In this document: piece by piece, positions 26,710 to 32,000 of the stretch
Layout: each line of letters starts with the position of its first letter
How positions within the stretch are numbered: position 1 is the first letter of the stretch
Assembly: GCF_000619845.1 (NCBI RefSeq)
Contig: NZ_JHUX01000007.1
Location: forward strand, 30,001-62,000
From: Alkanindiges illinoisensis DSM 15370
Lineage (GTDB): Bacteria; Pseudomonadota; Gammaproteobacteria; Pseudomonadales; Moraxellaceae
Length of the DNA: 32,000 bases
Direction: 5' to 3'
Position numbers and translations under genes: made by a program
The notes under the pieces: model-generated
What the model saw: the letters and a program-made list of their open reading frames with translations, nothing else
Told to the model about the DNA's origin: nothing
Databases searched by the model: none

Positions 26710-28608
26710 GTGAGTCAATATACTGCGCAGTCGCTAGAGGTATTGTCCGGCCTTGATCCGGTGCGCCGTCGCCCCGGCATGTACACCGATACTTCACGCC
26801 CCAACCATTTGGCGCAGGAAGTCATCGATAATGCGGTGGATGAAGCGCTGGCGGGTCATGCCAATGAAGTAACCGTGGTGGTGTACAAGGATGGTTCGCT
26901 ATCCGTGCAGGACAATGGCCGTGGCATGCCGGTGGACATTCACCCGGAATATGGCCAGAGCGGCATTGAGATTATCTTGACCCGGCTGCATGCGGGCGGC
27001 AAGTTTTCTACCGATAATTACCAGTTTTCCGGTGGCTTGCATGGCGTGGGTATTTCAGTGGTCAATGCCCTATCCACCCGGGTTGAAGTACAGGTGCAAC
27101 GGCAAGGCAATTTATATAGCATGGCGTTTGCACAGGGTGTGCCGCTGGACGGGCTTAAGGTACAGGAAAAAGCCGTGCCCAAGCGCCAGACGGGAACGAT
27201 GGTACGTTTCTGGCCGGAAACCAAATATTTTGATAGTCCCAAATTTTCGCTGCGCGCGCTCAAGCATGCGTTAAAGGCCAAGGCTGTGCTGTCGGCTGGC
27301 TTAAAAGTCAGTTTTCATGATGAAGACAGTGGTGAAACCCTGGTCTGGCAATTTGAAAATGGCCTGCTGGACTATTTAAAGGATGAGCTGGATGGCCGGG
27401 AAATTATTCCCGCTGAGCCTTTTGTGGCCACGGCTAGCGTGGAGCGTGCACATTGTGAGTTTGCCATTTGCTGGAATGCCGAGGGTGGCGGCTCTTTACA
27501 AAATAGTGTACAGGAAAGCTATGTCAACCTGATTCCCACGGCGCAAGGTGGTACGCATGTCAATGGCTTGCGCTCCGGCATTGCTGATGCACTACGCGAA
27601 TTTTGCGAGCTGCGCAACCTGTTACCGCGTAATTTAAAGCTGGCTGCGGATGACGTGTGGGATGGCGTGAATTTTATCCTGTCGCTCAAGTTTCAGGAGC
27701 CGCAGTTTTCCGGGCAAACCAAGGAGCGCCTGTCCAGCCGTGAAGCTGCTGGCATTGTGCAGAATATTTCCAAAGATGCCTTTTCATTGTGGCTTAACCA
27801 GAATCCCGAAGTGGCAACTCAACTGGCTGAGCTGGCTATTGACCGGGCAGGCCGCCGTTTAAAGGCCGCCAAAAAGGTTGAGCGCAAGAAAATAGCCTCG
27901 GGACCTGCACTTCCCGGCAAACTGGCGGATTGTGCCGGTGCTACCCGTGAGGAAACCGAGCTGTTTCTGGTAGAAGGTGATTCGGCAGGCGGAAGTGCCA
28001 AGCAGGCGCGTAACCGTAATTTTCAGGCCATCATGCCACTGCGGGGCAAGATTTTAAACACCTGGGAAGTATCGTCTGATGAGGTACTGGCCTCACAGGA
28101 AGTGCATGATATTGCCATTGCCATTGGGGTTGACCCAGGCAGTGATGACCTGTCTGAATTGCGTTATGGCAAGATTTGCATTCTGGCGGATGCGGATTCG
28201 GATGGCTTGCACATTGCCACGCTGCTGTGTGCCTTGTTTGTACGGCATTTTCCGGCCCTGGTAGAAGAAGGACATTTGTTTGTTGCCATGCCACCTTTAT
28301 ACCGGATTGATGCGGGCAAAGAGGTGCATTATGCACTGGATGATGCAGAGCTTGAGCAAATCCTCAAGAAAATCAAGAGCCGTGGCACACCCCAGATTAC
28401 CCGCTTTAAGGGTCTGGGTGAAATGAACCCGCTGCAACTGCGCGAAACCACAATGGACCCAAACACCCGCCGTCTGGTACAACTGGATCTGGATGATAGC
28501 CATCATACGGCGGGACTACTGGACAAGTTGCTGGCCAAAAAACGGGCTGCAGATCGTAAGGTCTGGCTGGAAGAAAAAGGTAATCTGGCCGATGTGGCAG
28601 CCTTATAA
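26710..28608 (+). CDS. parE: DNA topoisomerase IV subunit B
   Basis: VSQYTAQSLEVLSGLDPVRRRPGMYTDT..., GHKL ATPase blocks (DNGRGMPVD, GGLHGVG), Toprim EGDSAGGS and ILADADSDGLHI. GTG 26710 is preferred (GGGAAG SD 8 nt upstream) over GTG 26701. Confidence 0.96.
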   Translation: MSQYTAQSLEVLSGLDPVRRRPGMYTDTSRPNHLAQEVIDNAVDEALAGHANEVTVVVYKDGSLSVQDNGRGMPVDIHPEYGQSGIEIILTRLHAGGKFSTDNYQFSGGLHGVGISVVNALSTRVEVQVQRQGNLYSMAFAQGVPLDGLKVQEKAVPKRQTGTMVRFWPETKYFDSPKFSLRALKHALKAKAVLSAGLKVSFHDEDSGETLVWQFENGLLDYLKDELDGREIIPAEPFVATASVERAHCEFAICWNAEGGGSLQNSVQESYVNLIPTAQGGTHVNGLRSGIADALREFCELRNLLPRNLKLAADDVWDGVNFILSLKFQEPQFSGQTKERLSSREAAGIVQNISKDAFSLWLNQNPEVATQLAELAIDRAGRRLKAAKKVERKKIASGPALPGKLADCAGATREETELFLVEGDSAGGSAKQARNRNFQAIMPLRGKILNTWEVSSDEVLASQEVHDIAIAIGVDPGSDDLSELRYGKICILADADSDGLHIATLLCALFVRHFPALVEEGHLFVAMPPLYRIDAGKEVHYALDDAELEQILKKIKSRGTPQITRFKGLGEMNPLQLRETTMDPNTRRLVQLDLDDSHHTAGLLDKLLAKKRAADRKVWLEEKGNLADVAAL

Positions 28609-28630
28609 GCTGTTTTAAATTGTCCGTAAA

Positions 28631-28679
28631 ATCCCATTATTCCATTATTGTGTCTGCTTGTCAGGTACAATAATGGGAT
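28631..28679. repeat. 11-bp perfect inverted repeat with an internal tandem 8-mer, 23 nt after the parE stop
   Basis: ATCCCATTATT...(27 nt)...AATAATGGGAT. CCATTATT is tandemly duplicated (28634-28641 and 28642-28649), so the right arm can pair with either copy. Confidence 0.7.
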
Positions 28680-29062
28680 GTATTGGACGTCAAGCTGTCA
28701 TCATGTCTGCTTATCATGATAACTCATAAAAATTTTGTTTAAGTTGGGCCTTTATTCTTAATTTTTCCTTAGTTCTGCATTAATAATTTTTCTATTTTAT
28801 AAAGCTGTACTTAATGTTCGTTAATTTGTTTCAAATGGTGAAATTCATCTAAATCCCGCTGGTGGTCCTGTTTTTCCATGCTATCTTCAAAGTGTTCTCG
28901 TATTAAAACGAACAAGGGCCTTGGTTATTGTCTGCCTGAAAAAGAACGTGCGCATGAATGCTTTACTAGCCTTTTTACACGATGCTGGTATGTTCAGCAG
29001 TTCTTTGCCCATTATGGTGCAGGGCAGTCAAGCCAAAAACTTAGCGTCTTGATAGTCAGGCG

Positions 29063-29068
29063 TATAAT
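29063..29068 (+). promoter_or_regulatory. Candidate -10 (TATAAT) for the HPF/RaiA-like gene
   Basis: Perfect TATAAT 22 bp upstream of ATG 29090 with a weak -35 TTAGCG (29041-29046, 16-bp spacer). GAGGAA SD at 29075-29080. Confidence 0.4.
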
Positions 29069-29089
29069 GCAAGTGAGGAACCTTAGATT

Positions 29090-29452
29090 ATGAATATTGA
29101 AGTTCGTACAGATAACCATATTGAAGGCACAGCACGAATGATTGATTATGTGCGTGACCAGCTTAAAAGCGAATTTAGTCGCTACAGTGAACGAGTAACC
29201 CATATTGAAGTGCATTTTAGTGATGAAAATGCCGACAAAGGGGGCGATCAGGACAAGCGCTGTGCTATTGAAGCACGTGCGGCTGGCCTAAAACCCATGG
29301 CAGTGACCAATAAGGCTTCCAGCCTTGATCTGGCACTCGATGGCGCCATTGAAAAACTGCATCATATGTTTGAGCATAGCCTGGATAAACTCAACGACCA
29401 TCGCCATGAAACCCGGCCAAACTGGGAAGAACTGGTGCCAGAGCAGGAATAA
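29090..29452 (+). CDS. HPF/RaiA (S30AE)-family ribosome-associated protein, short form
   Basis: 120 aa. MNIEVRTDNHIEGTARMIDYVRDQLKSEFSRYSERVTHIEVHFSDEN...CAIEARAAGLKPMAVTNKASSLDLALDGAIEKL fits the beta-alpha-beta-beta-beta-alpha S30AE pattern. Confidence 0.75.
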   Translation: MNIEVRTDNHIEGTARMIDYVRDQLKSEFSRYSERVTHIEVHFSDENADKGGDQDKRCAIEARAAGLKPMAVTNKASSLDLALDGAIEKLHHMFEHSLDKLNDHRHETRPNWEELVPEQE

Positions 29453-29460
29453 ACTGTACA

Positions 29461-29490
29461 AAAGCCCGTCAAATCATGTCGGGCTTTTTT
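29461..29490 (+). terminator. Intrinsic terminator after the HPF-like gene
   Basis: AAAGCCCG-tcaaatcatgt-CGGGCTTTTTT, starting 9 nt after the stop. Confidence 0.8.
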
Positions 29491-29545
29491 GTCAGAGACG
29501 CCCGAGCCTGTTAAGCTGTCGCTATAATATCTGGATCGAGAAACC

Positions 29546-30088
29546 ATGTTAAATCCACAGCAAAAAGCATTATTACAAGCCATTGATGAGTTGGACGTTG
29601 CCCAGGTGCAGCAGTTGTTACAGCAGGTTGATCCCAATTTTGTTGATGAAGAAGTCGGGCCGCCCGTATCCAAACTGTGCGATCAGTTGTTTCGCTGGTG
29701 GGAAAATATCTGCGATGCGCATGAGGCCAACCATCCGCTGAGCGAAGCAGAAAAACAGGCACAGCTAAAGCCGTATATTGATATTTTGCAGGCGTTGATT
29801 GCAGCAGGCGCCAATTTACATTTGTGGGACAGCGAAGAGTTATATGGCCCACTCTGGGATGCAGCCAGTGCTGCCTGTGAACCAGTAGTTAAAATCCTGC
29901 TGGCGCATGAGGTTGATCCAAACACCCGGGATGATGAAGGCCTGACTATTTTGTCATCCATCAGCGACCTGTTTTTTGACTGCGACTTTGACCAGATTGA
30001 CTGGGCGGATGCGCTACCGGAAGAACGCGCCACGCTGGAGCTGTTACGCCAGCATGGTGCCAAAATGAGCAAGGAACTGGCCAGTTAA
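29546..30088 (+). CDS. Ankyrin-repeat protein (cytoplasmic, no signal peptide)
   Basis: 180 aa. LQALIAAGANLHLWDSEELYGPLWDAASAACEPVVKILLAHEVDPNTRDDEGLTILS matches the ANK consensus (PLxxAaxxGxxxvvxxLLxxGadpN). TATAAT at 29523-29528 upstream. Confidence 0.65.
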   Translation: MLNPQQKALLQAIDELDVAQVQQLLQQVDPNFVDEEVGPPVSKLCDQLFRWWENICDAHEANHPLSEAEKQAQLKPYIDILQALIAAGANLHLWDSEELYGPLWDAASAACEPVVKILLAHEVDPNTRDDEGLTILSSISDLFFDCDFDQIDWADALPEERATLELLRQHGAKMSKELAS

Positions 30089-30166
30089 GTTTGCTATATC
30101 TGTACTATCCATGTAGGAAACAGCATGAATAGTGCATGGCTTGGTCTCATTATTCCACTGTGATGT

Positions 30167-30475
30167 ATGTTGCTGTTTATTGGCTACTTTGGAATCATGC
30201 GTGCGATATTTGAATCCGGTGAGTTACCAAAAATATCTCCTGAATTGACTGCCATGTATAAGAATTCCTTAATTGGAAGAAGTGGCGATAACAGCGTGCA
30301 GTTTCTACTGATTCTGGTAGCTGTTCCAATTGTCTGCCTAGGATTTAGTGCTGGTTATTTTCAGTCTAGAACAACAGACCCGGGTTTGCGCTGGTTTGGC
30401 CATGTTCTCGGTGTTTTAAATTTAATCTTAATCTGGGCGTTATTTCGATATCTAACGTCCAGCAAGCTTGTTTGA
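30167..30475 (+). CDS. Hypothetical small membrane protein (2-3 TM)
   Basis: 102 aa with hydrophobic segments (VQFLLILVAVPIVCLGFSAGYF; WFGHVLGVLNLILIWALFRYL). No SD and no recognisable family. Coding status is uncertain. Confidence 0.4.
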   Translation: MLLFIGYFGIMRAIFESGELPKISPELTAMYKNSLIGRSGDNSVQFLLILVAVPIVCLGFSAGYFQSRTTDPGLRWFGHVLGVLNLILIWALFRYLTSSKLV

Positions 30476-30552
30476 CGGATACAGGATAAAGCAAGTAATA
30501 AAACTTAATTTCACTTGCTAACTGTCCTTAATCTTAAGGTTATCAATAAACT

Positions 30553-32000
30553 ATGACTAGTTTTGTGCAAAATGCGACAGAAAACCGTTCGGTTGCCGAG
30601 TTTACCGAACAGGCGTATCTCAACTATGCCATGTACGTGATTATGGATCGCGCACTGCCGCATATTTCTGATGGCCTAAAGCCAGTGCAGCGCCGCATTG
30701 TGTATGCCATGAGCGAACTTGGCTTAAAAAGCAGTGGCAAACCCAAAAAATCGGCACGCACGGTGGGTGATGTACTGGGCAAATATCACCCGCATGGGGA
30801 CAGTGCCTGCTATGAAGCCATGGTGCTAATGGCACAGCCGTTTAGCTATCGCTATCCCCTCATTTCCGGGCAGGGTAACTGGGGCTCACCGGATGATCCA
30901 AAATCCTTTGCGGCCATGCGTTACACCGAAGCCAAGCTGTCAGCTTACAGCGAGGTATTGCTTAGTGAACTGGGTCAGGGCACGGTGGAGTGGCAGGACA
31001 ATTTTGACGGTTCAATGAAAGAACCAGTCACCCTGCCAGCGCGTTTACCGAATATTTTACTGAATGGCACCACTGGTATTGCAGTGGGCATGGCCACTGA
31101 TATTCCGCCGCACAACCTGCGTGAAGTGGTCAAGGGCACCATTGCCTTACTCAAGAATCCTGAGCTGACGGATAAAAAGCTGGCTGGCTTTATTCCAGGA
31201 CCGGACTTGCCCACGCAGGCTGAAATTGTGTCCAGCCCGGATGAGTTGCTTAAAATCCAGACCACAGGCCGTGGCAGCTATCGCATGCGTGCTGTATACC
31301 ACGTGGATAAAGGCGAGATCATTATTACAGCACTGCCGTATCAGGTCTCCGGCAACAAGATTCTGACCCAGATTGCCGACCAGATGCAGGCCAAAAAACT
31401 GCCCTTGGTCACCGATTTACGTGATGAATCTGACCATGAAAACCCAACGCGTCTGGTGATTGAACTGCGCTCTAATCGCGTGGATGCCGATGCAGTGATG
31501 AGCCATTTGTTTGCCACCACCGATCTGGAAAGCAGCTACCGGGTGAACCTGAACATGATCGGGCAGGATGGTCGCCCACAGGTCAAGTCCATTCGTGAAA
31601 TTCTGCTGGAATGGCTGGCAATCCGGCAGGATACAGTGAAGCGCCGTCTGCGTTTCCAGCTGGATAAAATTGAGCGCCGCCTGCACATTCTGGCCGGTCT
31701 TTTAATTGCCTATCTGGATATTGATACAGTAATCAGGATTATCCGCGAGCAAGACAAACCCAAGCCGGTGCTGATGCAGCATTTTGGGATTGATGAAATT
31801 CAGGCCGAAGCCATTCTGGAGCTGAAACTGCGCCACCTGGCCCGTCTTGAAGAAATGGAAATTCGCCGCGAGCAGGATGAGCTGTCTGCACAGGCCAGCA
31901 AAATCCGTGAGCAACTGGAAAACCCGGAATCGTTGAAATCATTGATTATTGACGAACTACAGGCCGATGCCAAAATGCATGGGGATGAGCGCCGCTCACC
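30553..32000 (+). CDS. parC: DNA topoisomerase IV subunit A, C-terminus cut by window edge
   Basis: Not in the ORF track (open at the edge). Hand translation gives [57 protein letters not shown]...[15 protein letters not shown]...[10 protein letters not shown] (catalytic Tyr context), continuous to 32000. Confidence 0.96.
   Translation, partial: MTSFVQNATENRSVAEFTEQAYLNYAMYVIMDRALPHISDGLKPVQRRIVYAMSELGLKSSGKPKKSARTVGDVLGKYHPHGDSACYEAMVLMAQPFSYRYPLISGQGNWGSPDDPKSFAAMRYTEAKLSAYSEVLLSELGQGTVEWQDNFDGSMKEPVTLPARLPNILLNGTTGIAVGMATDIPPHNLREVVKGTIALLKNPELTDKKLAGFIPGPDLPTQAEIVSSPDELLKIQTTGRGSYRMRAVYHVDKGEIIITALPYQVSGNKILTQIADQMQAKKLPLVTDLRDESDHENPTRLVIELRSNRVDADAVMSHLFATTDLESSYRVNLNMIGQDGRPQVKSIREILLEWLAIRQDTVKRRLRFQLDKIERRLHILAGLLIAYLDIDTVIRIIREQDKPKPVLMQHFGIDEIQAEAILELKLRHLARLEEMEIRREQDELSAQASKIREQLENPESLKSLIIDELQADAKMHGDERRS

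Noticed and set aside
28695-28712. CTGTCAT, considered as half of a Pho box
   Set aside because: The required second 7-bp direct repeat 11 bp downstream reads TCTGCTT or GTCTGCT and does not match CTGTCAT.
28921-28936. TGG...TGC resembling a sigma-54 -24/-12 promoter upstream of the HPF/RaiA-like gene
   Set aside because: The GG-to-GC spacing is one base short of the canonical TGGCAC-N5-TTGC geometry and the flanking bases do not match. A sigma70 TATAAT lies closer to the gene.

Overview
This window reads as about 32 kb of conserved core chromosome from an Acinetobacter-like (Moraxellaceae) gammaproteobacterium. That assignment is inferred from gene order and from recognisable ParC, AtpE and Znu proteins. 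No database search was possible.

Gene content, left to right:
- argS (partial, runs off the left edge; absent from the ORF track and translated by hand)
- a DUF2798-like small membrane protein
- a YfeX-like Dyp peroxidase
- the zinc-uptake locus zur-znuC-znuB, divergent from znuA, with a Zur box between them
- the complete F1Fo ATP synthase operon atpIBEFHAGDC
- a lower-GC two-gene islet (secreted parallel beta-helix protein plus a DUF2846-like lipoprotein)
- an OhrR-like MarR regulator with a BtuE-type glutathione peroxidase
- an AraC regulator divergent from an EamA transporter
- a lipoprotein followed by ybcJ
- a DUF924-like protein
- gshA and dsbB, overlapping by 1 nt
- a 432-aa alpha/beta hydrolase
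- yqiA
- a HAD hydrolase
- parE
- three small genes (HPF/RaiA-like, ankyrin-repeat, small membrane protein)
- parC (partial, runs off the right edge; translated by hand)

I found no tRNA, rRNA, CRISPR array, transposase, integrase or phage gene. I do not see a convincing novel multi-gene system, and most of the window is housekeeping.

The leads most worth a second look, all modest:
1. The lower-GC islet after atpC, whose beta-helix protein is rich in His dyads.
2. Six helically phased TNAC motifs in the 447-bp intergenic region upstream of the alpha/beta hydrolase.
3. The 481-bp non-coding stretch after parE. It has a nested inverted repeat and repeated 13-mers, and may encode a convergent sRNA.
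4. A terminator-like hairpin between atpB and atpE that shares its loop sequence with the atpC terminator.
5. A perfect 14-bp LacI-type palindrome in front of the DUF2798 gene.

All family names come from motif recognition by eye.
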